A DNA stretch of 64,000 nucleotides from Antedon mediterranea (taxonomy: Eukaryota; Animalia; Echinodermata): contig NC_092679.1 in NCBI RefSeq assembly GCF_964355755.1, positions 20,505,432 to 20,569,431 on the forward strand, in the 5' to 3' direction. Below, in pieces: positions 26,569-38,900 of the stretch. Position numbers and translations under genes: made by a program. A model generated the notes under the pieces. That model was not told where the DNA came from. It made no database searches and worked only from the letters and a program-made list of their open reading frames with translations. How positions within the stretch are numbered: position 1 is the first letter of the stretch; every line of letters starts with the position of its first letter.

Positions 26569-28170
26569 CAAAGAGCTGCATAGGCAGGATATATAAAAAA
26601 ATCAAGATCAAATAAGTTAAAACTGCCTCAATATAGATTTATTTTAACGACATGTTTCGGGCATAGCCCATCATCAGGTGAAAAGAATTGTAACAAAGGA
26701 TAACATATATAAGTCACAAAATTACATAATAAAACAAATCAACCAATCAAAAATGTTAACAAACAAAAGGCATAGTTATAAAGGCACGCCTCCAAAAGCT
26801 ATGGTGTACAAAGCAGGAATGGTTGCTTATAAAGCAGGAAATTTAAAACAAAAACAAAAGCTTCAAGTGTAAATAATAGTTAATATGTGAATGTCTCTGG
26901 CAAAATTAATGTTTAAAGGATCTAAATTGTACATTTATGCCGGTAGGGGCAAGAGTGCCAAGCTTTACAATTATTCTTTCTTCTATAATTCTACGAGATG
27001 TCTCGGAACCATTACATACTTTAACACCAGAAATAGTAATATCCGAAAGGGAATGCTCATTATTTCAAAAATGGGTGGCTACAGGTAATCCGGGAGTCTT
27101 TAGTTTAATAGACCTTAAATGTTCTACAAACCTATCACCTAACCTGCGTTTAGTTTCACCAATATAAAGCATATTACATTTAGTACACGAAATACAATAA
27201 ACTAGATTTCTAGTGGTGCACGTAATACGATCTGTGATCACATAATTACCAGAAGGTCCTACTATTTGGTTTGAACATGAAACGTAATTACATGTCGAAC
27301 ATCTATTTCTATTACATTTGAATGTTCCAATTGATTCATTACCTTTGTTTTGTAATTTAGATTTAACTAAAGTGTCTTTAATGCTTTGATCACGTCTGTA
27401 AGCTATCATGGGTGGTTCTTGAAAAATATCTTTTGTAGCGGATTTATCTTCAGTCAAAATTGAAAAGTTATCGCGAACAATGTTAATAACCTTCTTATTC
27501 ATAGGATGATACGTGAGGACTAGAGGTATGCGGTCACAAGCATTTGTATTATGTGTAGGTTGCAATGTGTCCTCGTGCGTTAACTGGCAAACTTTTCTTA
27601 GAGATTTCACAGTAATGTCAGATGGATATTCGCGTGCATTGAAAAAATCGATCATCTCAGATGCTTTGATGTTAAAGTCATCATCATCGCTACATAAACG
27701 TCGAAGTCTAACAAGTTGCGAATACGGTATAGCATTCTTACAAGCTGGAGGATGCGAAGAGTTGTAATTTAGATAAGTGTGCGCGTCAGTATCTTTGTAG
27801 TGGACGGATGTAGAAAGACCAGGTTTATCAATAGATAAACTAATATCAAGGAAAGGCACACACTTGTCAGAAATTTCATGAGTAAACTTTATAGCAGGAT
27901 GAAAATTGTTCACAAAGTTAATGAACTCATTAAGTTCATCTAAAGTTCCCGACATAACACCAACACAATCATCAATATACCGTTTGAATAAATCTGGTTT
28001 CTTTCCCTTATAATCTCGTAACACATTCTGCTCAAAATACCCCATAAAGAGGCAAGCAAAGTTAGGTCCCATTTTTGTACCCATGCTTATCCCAGAAACT
28101 TGCCGAAAAAACTTTCCATTGAAGTTGAAGGCTGTAGTATTAAGTACAAGTTCAGCGAGACGTAGTATTG

Positions 28171-28173
<3 letters not shown>
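26565..28173 (-). mobile_element. 5'-truncated Penelope-like retroelement (RT plus C-terminal GIY-YIG endonuclease, Neptune-like) between (TA)n tracts
   Basis: Motifs QVSGISMGTKMGP, KRYIDD, PFLDI, HP..CKNAIPYSQLVRLRRLCS, Cys linker CNRNRCSTC and YCISCTKCNMLYIGETKRRLGDRFVEH. The frame continues past TGA 27065-27067 to LGTLAPTGIN and ends at TAA 26906-26908. (TA)n tracts lie at ~26489-26564 and ~28174-28233. Confidence 0.92.
26642..26684 (-). ncRNA. Minimal hammerhead ribozyme in the Penelope 3' terminal region
   Basis: Minus strand reads TTTTCAC-CTGATGA-T-GGGC-TAT-GCCC-GAAA-CAT-GTC-GTTAAAA: conserved core, stem II, palindromic short stem III and a GUC cleavage triplet. Confidence 0.85.
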
Positions 28174-28238
<65 letters not shown>

Positions 28239-28254
28239 TTCCATATATATGTTC

Positions 28255-28295
28255 TATAGTTCAGTAACAAGTGTACATTATTGTAAATATAACAA

Positions 28296-28334
<39 letters not shown>

Positions 28335-28448
28335 CAGTAACAAGTGTACATTATTGTAAATATAACAAATACATATATATTATATATATATATATATGTA
28401 TATGTATTTGTTATATTTACAATAATGTACACTTGTTACTGAACTATG
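28255..28448. mobile_element. Small foldback element with (TA)n core
   Basis: ATAGTTCAGTAACAAGTGTACATTATTGTAAATATAACAAATACATA at the left, its reverse complement at the right, and one internal duplicated arm. Confidence 0.75.
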
Positions 28449-29179
28449 GAGAATTTTTTTTTTCCGAAATAAAAGAAGAATGAATGAATGAATTTATTTT
28501 CAATCTTTCTACATAACAACAAATATATAGTATAACAGGGGAGTAGCGGAAAAGCAAAAGTAAAGTAAATTTGAACCAGCCAAACATGTATGAAACATTA
28601 TCCAGTAAGCACATTTTATAAGAAGCTTTTGTTTATTAAAATGGGTTTCTCTGAAATTCCAGAAGTTTATTAAACATTGAAAATAACACAATCGCCTTTA
28701 AACAAAATGCTGTTCAAAAAAAGAATCGGTTGAAGCAAGCGTTCTTATAACATCCGATAAAATGAAGGTTCAATAAAGTAGCCCTATTAACAAATGTATG
28801 AGGTCTCAGGCCTATCCCATATTAATTATTTGTATAGATACATTAATTTTAAGATTCCAGATACCGAATTGTTGTTTTTTTACATAACAAGTCATTTTTT
28901 CTTTGAATATAAATTCTGATTTAAGGACAAAATACTAAAATAAATACTTACACCAAAGGTGCATAAAAACGTGTTGATGTGGCGCTATATCGATGTCATT
29001 ATCTTTGCATTCACCCTAGACGCACATAGTGTGACACCCCTACCATATTCTCGATGTGACGATCAATGTACCAATTAACATAATACTTCAGTAAAACTGA
29101 TTATGTTTTTTCAAGAGATCAGCTATATCGTGTTGATTATAAAAAGGTGCAACTTTTAATTGATTGGGGATTAAACAAG

Positions 29180-32100
29180 TAAACTATTTATTCTTCTTGT
29201 CTTTACTCGTACAAAATAATATAACGGTCGCTAATTGGAAGTGTTTAAACTAAAGTGATCTATAATTGGAAGAGGACCCGTACAATTACTTGTTTTTTAT
29301 CACATGATTATAAACTATTTATTCTTCTTGTCTTAACTAGTATTTATTCTTCTTGTCTTTATTCATACAAAATAATATAACGGTCGCTAAATGGAAGTGT
29401 CTTAAAGTAAAGTGACCTTTAATTGGAAGAGGACCAGTACAATTACTTATTTTTTATCACATGATTAAAATCTATTTATTCTTCTTGTCTGTACTCATAC
29501 AAAATAATATAACGGTCGCTAATTGGAAGTGTCTTAAAGTAAAGTGATCTTTAATTGGAAGAGGACCAGTACAATTACTTGTTTTTTATCACATGATTAA
29601 AATCTATTTATTCTTCTTGTCTGTACTCATACAAAATAATATAACGGTCGCTAAATGGAAGTGTCTTAAAGTAAAGTGACCTTTGATCTTTCATTGGAAG
29701 AGGACCAGTACAATTACTTATTTTATATCACATGATTATAAACTATTTATGCTTCTTGTTTTTATTCATAAAAAATAATATAACGGTCGCTAATTGGAAG
29801 TGTTTTAAAGTAAAGTGATCTTTCATTGGAAGAGGACCAGTACAATTACTTGTTTTTTATCACATGAATAAAATCTATTTATTCTTCTTGTCTGTACTCA
29901 TACAAAATAATATAACGGTCGCTAAATGGAAGTGTCTTACAGTAAAGTGACCTTTAATTGGAAGAGGACCAGTACAATTACTTATTTTTTATCACATGAT
30001 TAAAATCTATTTATTCTTCTTGTCTGTACTCATACAAAATAATATAACGGTCGCTAATTGGAAGTGTCTTAAAGTAAAGTGATCTTTAATTGGAAGAGGA
30101 CCAGTACAATTACTTGTTTTTTATCACATGATTAAAATCTATTTATTCTTCTTGTCTGTACTCATACAAAATAATATAACGGTCGCTAAATGGAAGTGTC
30201 TTAAAGTAAAGTGATCTTTCATTGGAAGAGGACCAGTACAATTACTTGTTTTTTATCACATGATTAAAATCTATTTATTCTTCTAATTGTCTGTACTCAT
30301 ACAAAATAATATAACGGTCGCTAATTGGAGGTGTCTTACAGTAAAGTGACCTTTAATTGGAAGAGGACCAGTACAATTACTTATTTTATATCACATGATT
30401 ATAAACTATTTATGCTTCTTGTTTTTATTCATAAAAAATAATATAACGGTCGCTAATTGGAAGTGTCTTAAAGTAAAGTGATCTTTCATTGGAAGAGGAC
30501 CAGTACAATTACTTGTTTTTTATCACATGATTAAAATCTATTTATTCTTCTTGTCTGTACTCATACAAAATTATATAACGGTCGCTAATTGGAAGTGTCT
30601 TACAGTAAAGTGACCTTTAATTGGAAGAGTACCCGTACAATTACTTATTTTATATCACATGATTATAAACTATTTATTATTCTTGTCTTTATTCATACAA
30701 AATAATATAACGGTCGCTAAATGGAAGTGTCTTGAAGTAAAGTGACCTTTAATTGGAAGAGGACCAGTACAATTACTTATTTTTTATCACATGATTAAAA
30801 TCTATTTATTCTTCTTGTCTGTACTCATACAAAATAATATAACGGTCGCTAATTGGAAGTGTCTTAAAGTAAAGTGATCTTTAATTGGAAGAGGACCAGT
30901 ACAATTACTTGTTTTTTTATCACATGATTAAAATCTATTTATTCTTCTTGTCTGTACTCATACAAAATAATATAACGGTCGCTAAATGGAAGTGTCTTAA
31001 AGTAAAGTGATCTTTCATTGGAAGAGGACCAGTACAATTACTTGTTTTTTATTACATGATTAAAATCTATTTATTCTTCTAATTGTCTGTACTCATACAA
31101 AATAATATAACGGTCGCTAATTGGAAGTGTCTTAAAGTAAAGTGATCTTTAATTGGAAGAAGACCAGTACAATTACTTATTTTATATCACATGATTATAA
31201 ACTATTTATGCTTCATGTTTTTATTCATAAAAAATAATATAACGGTCGCTAATTGGAAGTGTCTTAAAGTAAAGTGATCTTTCATTGGAAGAGGACCGGT
31301 ACAATTACTTGTTTTTTATCACATGATTAAAATCTATTTATTCTTCTTGTCTGTACTCATACAAAATAATATAACGGTCGCTAATTGGAAGTGTCTTACA
31401 GTAAAGTGACCTTTAATTGGAAGAGGACCAGTACAATTACTTGTTTTTTATCACATGATTAAAATCTATTTATTCTTCTTGTCTGTACTCATACAAAATA
31501 ATATAACGGTCGCTAATTGGAAGTGTCTTACAGTAAAGTGACCTTTAATTGGAAGAGGACCAGTACAATTACTTGTTTTTTATCACATGATTAAAATCTA
31601 TTTATTCTTCTTGTCTGTACTCATACAAAACAATATAACGGTCGCTAATTGGAAGTGTCTTAAAGTAAAGTGATCTTTAATTGAAAGAGGACCAGTACAA
31701 TTACTTGTTTTTTTGTCATATGATTAAAATCTATTTATTATTCTTGCCTTTATTCATACAAAATAATATAACGGTCGCTAATTGGAAGTGTTTAAATTAA
31801 AGTGATCTTTAATTGGAAGAGGACCAGTACAATTACTTGTTTTTTATCACATGATTAAAATCTATTTATTCTTCTTGTTTCTATTCATACAAAACAATAA
31901 TAACGGTCGCTAATTGGAAGTGTTTAAATTTAAGTGATCTTTAATTGGAAGAGGACCAGTACAATTACTTGTTTTTTTATCACATGATTATAAACTATTT
32001 ATTATTCTTGTCTTTACTCATACAAAATAATAAAACGGTCGCTAATTGGAAGTGTTTAATTTTAAGTGATCTTTAATTGGAAGAGGACCAGTACAATTAC

Positions 32101-32340
32101 TTGTTTTTTGTCACATGATTAAAAACTATTATTACTCTTGTCTTTACTCATACAAAACAATAAAAATGGTCGCTAATTGGAAGTGTCTAAACTAAAGTGT
32201 TCTTTAATTGGAAGAGGACCAGTATAATTACTTGTTTTTATTACATGATTATTATTATATTGTTATTTATTCTTCTTGTCTTTATTCATACCAAATAATA
32301 TAATGGTCGCTAATTGGAGGTGTTTTAAGCCAAGTAATCT
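29180..32340. repeat. Tandem satellite, 132-bp unit, ~24 copies, subterminal in the Ginger element
   Basis: AACGGTCGCT recurs at a 132-bp period (e.g. 29511 and 29643); units are near-identical with no unique spacers. Confidence 0.95.
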
Positions 32341-33005
32341 TTGAAAAATAAAAACTAGTTTGGCATTATTAACAAATAGTGGTCGTTAAAAAAAGACAAG
32401 TGCATGCGCAATCACGATCAAAACCTGAATCTCAAATCTCAACCACGGACGGTATTCAATCCAAGGGTCAGACATTATTAAACGCGCCGGACAGCATTAA
32501 ATTGTTGGAAAACGCCCGCGAACCCGTTGAAACATGCAATTGGACACTATCCAATGCTGAAAAGTGTCCACCCGGACACTTTTGAATGATGGACACATTT
32601 CAATCTTACACCGGCGCCCACCCATGAATGCATCCACATATCAAACAAAAGTCTAATCATTCTCCGTTGCATGTTGTAACCAAGGAAGTCTAATACATTA
32701 GATTGACGTCACTCTCATTGCGTAAATACAGATCTACGGAAGCTGTATTCTTACGAGCCAGACACACGCAGGTTACTCGACGACTTATCTATGTGATAAT
32801 GTAGCCTACTCCAGATGACCACGTCTTTTCCCACAATTTTCGGCGGGGAAATGGAAACGCACAGCGGTAAATTTTTAGTAAAACCTGATCGATCGCAGGG
32901 CCTCCGCGTAAATATAGTAAACCTGAAAGTCCGAATTAATCTCTTACAAAACAGTTACAAAACATGTCTCTAAATTATGGCTTTATTTTTGTCGAAAGCA
33001 GACGA

Positions 33006-34832
33006 TCAAACGTTTGTCGTTTTAGAAACTTGTTCAGTTGTAGAAAACAGGCTTTCATCTCCCTCTACTACGTCGTCCGAATCTCCCTCTGATCGTCGAG
33101 GAGTGTTACCATTTGTATCTCTGGTTGGTACCGCCGAGTATTCTTCATATGTATCGTACTTATCATTCAACTCTTTCATCTGCTTCGCCTGCTTCTTCTT
33201 TGCGCGTCGCTTCCGGTTGATCGGTATCGAGGCGATAATCATTCCGATTCCGATAGAAACGGAAAATATGAGAACAAAAATCGGCATCCTAGCCATCAAA
33301 TCAGCCTCTGGCTGCTGGTACGATAGTTTTATCATGGCAATAGCAATAAGGTTGTTCTGAACGCCTGTTTCTATAGACACGGTTGCAGACGAATCTTGTG
33401 GAAGTTTTCCGACTTTTCGCGCCACCATGTAACCAGTGATGAAGCCGCATGTGGGTAACATAAGACTCCCTAGGAAGCAGTACCATGGGGAGTAGATAAC
33501 GTAGACATTGGAGTAAAGTCCGATAGATATCGTTAGAAGGATTAACGTTCCCGATAATACGTTTAACGATTTGATGCAGTAGAACGCAACCTTAGGAAAT
33601 TTATGCCGGATGAACATGCCAGTGAGGACCGGAATAGTCAACATGGACACTTGCACCATAATGTCTGCAAATGGAACGCCACCGCCTCCGCCGCCGCTAT
33701 CCTCATCGACAAAAGCACGGACGTATATAAACATGTTTAGCGGTAACATGCCCATAGCCAGGCAACTTGACACAAACGTCATAGTGACACTTTGTATGAG
33801 ATCAGCATCCACGAGAAGGGTGATCATGTTACTTAGGCCACCTCCGGGACACGAGCCCACCGTAACGAGCCCGACCGCCATCAGCGGGGTTAACTTCAAG
33901 AGCTTGGCGATGCAGAAAGCGTAGAACGGCTGACAAATGAACTGACATACTGGCCCTATTATGATAGGAAAAGGGTGTTTTAATTTATACTTTATGATAT
34001 CAAACTCCATTTTGCAACCCATTCCAGTAGTGGTAATAATCAGTAATGGTAACAATATATAATCAAAAATCTTGTCGATAACTCGTAAGTGACGAAGTGT
34101 TTTCACACGCAGACCCGGTGGTTGCTCGGCAGGACCGTGTGCGTAGATCTCCATGTGGGCAATGTTCACACGAACTCCGGTGATCTGGATTGTCACCGTC
34201 GTATTATCATCTTCCGATGAGGCTTCAATCAGAAACGATGAGTTACCGGCAATCAGAAAAGCTTCTTTGTTACCACTGTCTAATGCTATTTCCATGTGTC
34301 CTTTTAAACCAGTAACAGTCATGTTAACAGATAGTGTTTTCCCTTCCTCTATAAACAAAACATCAGGTTCAAATATTATTGCAAAATTTCCGTACTCGTT
34401 TTCTTCTTCCTTTCCACACGTACATACATGTGCATGTGGTATTGGTTCCATCTGAGTTGTCTGAACGGGAGTTGTCGTCTGGACGGAAGTCGTCTGAACG
34501 GCAGCAATAGAAGTTCGCTCAGTCAATATTGGCTTATTAGTCGTATTGCTGTACACAGCATACGGAGCCAGTGACGGCGCTGTGGTTGTTTTCTTTTTCT
34601 TTTTTCTATTCTTATCCTTGTTTTTTTTATTTTTCTTAGGCTTCTTTGTTTTGTCGATGGGAGCTGATGTATTGGCATTCGATATTGGATTGCTAACCAG
34701 AACATCAGGAAGAGCCTTTGATTCATCCAGTGCTGCGACGTCTCTGTCGCCTACATCTGGATCACTGTCAACCTGTGCCCCTACGTAAGCTACTACGCAC
34801 ATTGAGACGAGTAATACTATTGTGATCTTCAT
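33006..34832 (-). CDS. SLC10 family sodium/bile-acid symporter (P3/SLC10A3-A5-like), single coding exon, ~608 aa
   Basis: ATG at 34832 follows a splice acceptor at 34875-34876. Signal peptide MKITIVLLV..., long luminal N-terminus, and SBF motifs GMGCK, CQFICQP, GSCPGGGLSN, SVTMT, SIETGVQN. A probable 5'UTR exon donor lies near 37430. Confidence 0.92.
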   Translation of the reverse strand: MKITIVLLVSMCVVAYVGAQVDSDPDVGDRDVAALDESKALPDVLVSNPISNANTSAPIDKTKKPKKNKKNKDKNRKKKKKTTTAPSLAPYAVYSNTTNKPILTERTSIAAVQTTSVQTTTPVQTTQMEPIPHAHVCTCGKEEENEYGNFAIIFEPDVLFIEEGKTLSVNMTVTGLKGHMEIALDSGNKEAFLIAGNSSFLIEASSEDDNTTVTIQITGVRVNIAHMEIYAHGPAEQPPGLRVKTLRHLRVIDKIFDYILLPLLIITTTGMGCKMEFDIIKYKLKHPFPIIIGPVCQFICQPFYAFCIAKLLKLTPLMAVGLVTVGSCPGGGLSNMITLLVDADLIQSVTMTFVSSCLAMGMLPLNMFIYVRAFVDEDSGGGGGGVPFADIMVQVSMLTIPVLTGMFIRHKFPKVAFYCIKSLNVLSGTLILLTISIGLYSNVYVIYSPWYCFLGSLMLPTCGFITGYMVARKVGKLPQDSSATVSIETGVQNNLIAIAMIKLSYQQPEADLMARMPIFVLIFSVSIGIGMIIASIPINRKRRAKKKQAKQMKELNDKYDTYEEYSAVPTRDTNGNTPRRSEGDSDDVVEGDESLFSTTEQVSKTTNV

Positions 34833-35544
34833 TGTTGTTGTTTTGTTTAAATTCTGTTGAAGAGGTAATGTCACCTAAAAGAACAATCGATTTGAATCGT
34901 TTATTAGAAAAATGATTTGTAATTAACCATCACCATTTAACCACATCCCACCATACAAAACCTCTTTAGTACGGGGCGCAGTGGATTCTCGAAATACAAC
35001 AAATGCACCGCCGGCCCTTACTTTTTCCGTTTCACGGAACGGAAGACAGCGCCGTTCAATTCTCAAAGCTTGATCCCACTAGGACGTAGTCTGGGTTCCA
35101 GACGAAGTTTTGGCTTAATTTTGTAAAACTATAAATATTTTGGCACATATGGCATTTCATACGTATACTACTTGCGCTTGTATTTTCAGACAAAAATCAA
35201 AACGCCGAAATAAATAAATACAGACTTGGGGCAAGTCCAACTAGGACGACAACGCAAGGATGTAAGCGCAAGTAATGGGTATTATCACGTTAGTTATCGT
35301 TCTTTTGAACTATGGACGCTATTCATTCTAACATTTGTATAAATAATATTTAAAAAGATCTAATTTAAACATACTAGTCTAGGACTCTAAAAATAGTTTA
35401 TTAAACAATGCTATCACTCAATGTTAATTTTTTTTTGTATGATCCGATATACTGTCTAGTACAATAAGGCGCTGTATGTAGTTGTTGGGATGAAAAGTCA
35501 TTCTCATCATTATGTATATACTGTGCAGAACCAGAATAGTCGCT

Positions 35545-35929
35545 GATGGTGGTGCTGCTGATGGTGGTGCTGATGGTGGTGGTGCTGATGGTGCTGCTGT
35601 TAATGGTGGTGCTGCTAATGGTGGTGGTGGTGGTGCTGATGGTGGTGGTGCTGATGGTGGTGGTGCTGATGGTGGTGCTGATGATGGTGGTGCTGATGGT
35701 GGTGCTGATGGTGGTGGTGCTGATGATGCTGCTGTTAATGGTGGTGCTGCTAATGGTGGTGGTGCTGGTGGTGGTGGTTTTGGTGTTGATGGTGGTTTTG
35801 GTGCGGATGGTGGTGGTGGTTTTGGTGCTGATGGTGGTGTTGGTGATGCTGATGGTGGTGATGGTTTTGGTGGTGCTGATGGTGGTGGTGGTTTTGGTGC
35901 TGATGGTGGTGGTGGTTGTGATGGTGGTT
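35545..35929. repeat. Degenerate (GGT/GAT/GCT)n trinucleotide repeat
   Basis: Read directly; all frames give low-complexity ORFs. Confidence 0.9.
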
Positions 35930-38900
35930 AGAGTGTTCTTCAAAAAGGAAGGATTTACAGCAGTTTAATAATAGAATGTATTTTAAATATTGGTTTATCT
36001 GCAGATAGCGACGATTATCTTTTACAGTGTGAATTTGCTCATTGATAACTGTCACTCCATAGATTGACTTGTTAACTAGTGATAAGTTTATGGGCTGATG
36101 CGTCTTCACCTAATAAACTCTTTAGAAAACAATTAAACAATTGTGTTTAAAAATTTGCAATATTACACTCAATGAACCAGTGCTAATAATAATATACCAC
36201 ATTTATATAGCGCTCTTTTCATGAATAAACATGCTCAAAGGCGCTTAACAAATAGTTCATTCTTATATATATATATATCGCATATAAGTATTCTTAATTT
36301 TGAATAGTCCTATAAAAATATGAATTTAATTTATGTCTCACCATCCCCATTTTATTCTTGTAATTGTATTTATCGATTTAAAATAATTATAATACTCTAA
36401 TAACATTTTTTTTATAGTTTCTATAAGAATAAGTCAGCAACGTTCAGTGAATCATAAATTTAGTATTTCTTTATTACGAAAAACGAGTCTCTGAGGTTTA
36501 ATAAAGACTTGAATTATACATCATTTCTAATGTCTTAAGCAGTTGTTGAACATGATGGGAAAGGGATGACGTCATAAGAGACAAATTATACATTAATAAT
36601 ACTGTAAAACTATAAATTGTTACATTGGCGAGTGTAATGTTTATCAGGTGATGTACACCAATGTAGCGACAGAGGATAGTAAATGTTTAGTGAGCATCAG
36701 AATGTGTTTATAATGTACTCAACGGCGATCTTGATATTTGTACTTGTTTTTTTTAAATCAAATTAAAAATAAAAGTGAGGTGTTTTGTTGTAGAAACATT
36801 AACACGTGACAATGAATTGGTATGTTGATTGCAGTTGTTTATATTGATTATTGATTATATTGATTTCGGCAAGTTCAGACAAGTATCAATTTGGCGTAAG
36901 TAATTAGACATGAAACAAAACATAACTGATCTGATCTCATCATAATCGATGTTGTGAAACATTCATCAAACAATTTTTTACACTATTATTGGCATTATGA
37001 CATCATAATTTTTAATTCTATTTAGTGTTCTTAATCCATGCACGGAGGAAATATTCCTCCATGCTCCATGTATTGTAAAATAAACGAATATTAAAACACC
37101 AAAAATGACTGGCTTCGTATTGTTACAGACTAGCCCCGTACCAACTTAGTTTGATGCCATTTACTTTGTTTACCGGAGCACAGTCACACAGTTAAGAACG
37201 TCATTAGCCGAGTTTTACTTTTCGATACATTAAAACGTGATGTGTTCTAGAGGGAAACAATATTTACTAACTAATTATTTTACTAGTTAAAATGAATTAT
37301 TAATAAAACTAAACACATAAACTAGTCCAGATTTGAGAAAAATGAAATGCTGTACTCTTATTAGAGTAGAAATATGACTATCTGGACTAGTCTAACATGA
37401 GCGTTGGCTCTGCAGAAAAATTCGACCTACCTGAAATGATTTCTTTTGCGGTGAACTTGTCCTTAACGAGTCTTGGTTATATCGTCATGTTCCCTTCTAC
37501 ACCCATGCTAAGTAAACCCTAAAATAAACCCAACACTTTATCAATACGTGTATTATCTGGGGGTAACATATCATTATCGACAAAACGAACACTGATTGGC
37601 GGTTGAAATTGTTTGGGGTAAAGATCAAAATCTGAAAATCAATAGTAAAGTATAACGTTGTTTAAGTAAAGCTTTACTATCTTTTGCTAAACTAGATTAG
37701 GATGTTGGGAGATATCATCAATCATAGTGGTTACTGTTCCAGGACATCACCTCTGTTCAGTTTGTTTTGGTTTGACCACTGCGATGATGGTCAATATACT
37801 ATCTAATGAGGTTAATGGCATTAGAATATATATTTTGATATTAATATTGTTTTAATAAACGATACTACTGTATAGTGAACTCAACATGTTGTACTTCAAT
37901 ACTTTTAAAATAGTGAATGTAGGCCTACATACTGTAGGTACGACTGATGTATGTTGCTTGACTTTCTCCAAGTACACACATGCACCCTGATGAAGAAACA
38001 GTATTTTCTAAAGGATTGGCACTTTCTTGCTATCTGTTTTCTACTTCTAGTTGTCCCATGACCCAGAGGGTCGTAAGGGTGTAATAGATGAGATACAGTA
38101 CACAGTTTTACTCATCATGAATTGTACTCATCATGAGTTGTACTCATCATGATACGATACAAAGGCATGCGTAGCCACAGGCAAACCCTTTGATCTCCGT
38201 AGCTTAGAATCATGTTGTTAAGAGGATCCTTTTTGCTGGATGGCTGGCAGTCGTTTCTAGCTTTCTTCTTATTCTATTCATATCTGCATTGAAATCAAAC
38301 ATTTTCATTTTAGTAATCGATTGATACATAAACAACGTGATATTCTTTATTCTGTTTTAAATCAAAGGCATAAGCATGTTTATTATGTTGTAGAGTGCAT
38401 ACCAATGGCTAGGCATCAATTCAGACATAAAAACGTGAACCTTCTTGTCGATACTTCTGAAGAAAATGTATACTTTTTAAAAATAAACGAAATTGTATCT
38501 ATTAAACTAAGAATGATATTATTACAAGATAATCAATTCAATTCTGATTAATAAAAAAACAAGGCCATATACATGGCTGCAGTCTCGTGCTCAAATTTGA
38601 GTTAGTGTTTACCGACCGCCCGACCAACCAACCAACCACCTGATCGACCAACCAACCAACCGACCGATATAGTGAGCTGTAGAGTCGCGTTGCACGCGAC
38701 TAAAAAGTGGCATTGCCGAAAGATTTGAATTTCGCTTAACTTGCATTCAAATAGGCTTAAAATAAAAAACATATTACATCCATTTAAAAGGTTATTATAC
38801 AAAACAAGAATTACATTACAAAAATAGTATTTTAATAGGTGATCATTAGTTATACTAGAGTCTAATAACACAATTTTTTTTTATACAAATGAGAAAACAG

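Larger units (their letters stand above)
10621..32610 (+). mobile_element. Ginger1-type (Gypsy-integrase-related) DNA transposon, ~22 kb including nested insertions
   Basis: Left end ccgg|TGTAAGATTTAAATCTGTCC...; right end ...GGACACATTTCAATCTTACA|ccgg. The imperfect TIR is ~67 bp and CCGG flanks both ends (10617-10620, 32611-32614). Inside is an intron-containing integrase-OTU gene with no gag or RT. Confidence 0.88.

Noticed and set aside
28174-28483. YIYIYI N-terminal extension of the 455-aa ORF, and similar ORFs at 1725-1952 and 26146-26571
   Set aside because: Translation of (TA)n tracts; true Penelope homology starts at about 28173.
29180-32340. Possible CRISPR array
   Set aside because: The units are near-identical along their whole length with no unique spacers, there are no cas genes, and the context is eukaryotic.
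35401-36109. Gly-, Thr-, Val- or His-rich ORFs
   Set aside because: Artefacts of a trinucleotide microsatellite that is open in most frames.
37985-38020. Second hammerhead-like CTGATGA motif
   Set aside because: The GAAA core is absent and the stems are weak; at best a decayed copy.
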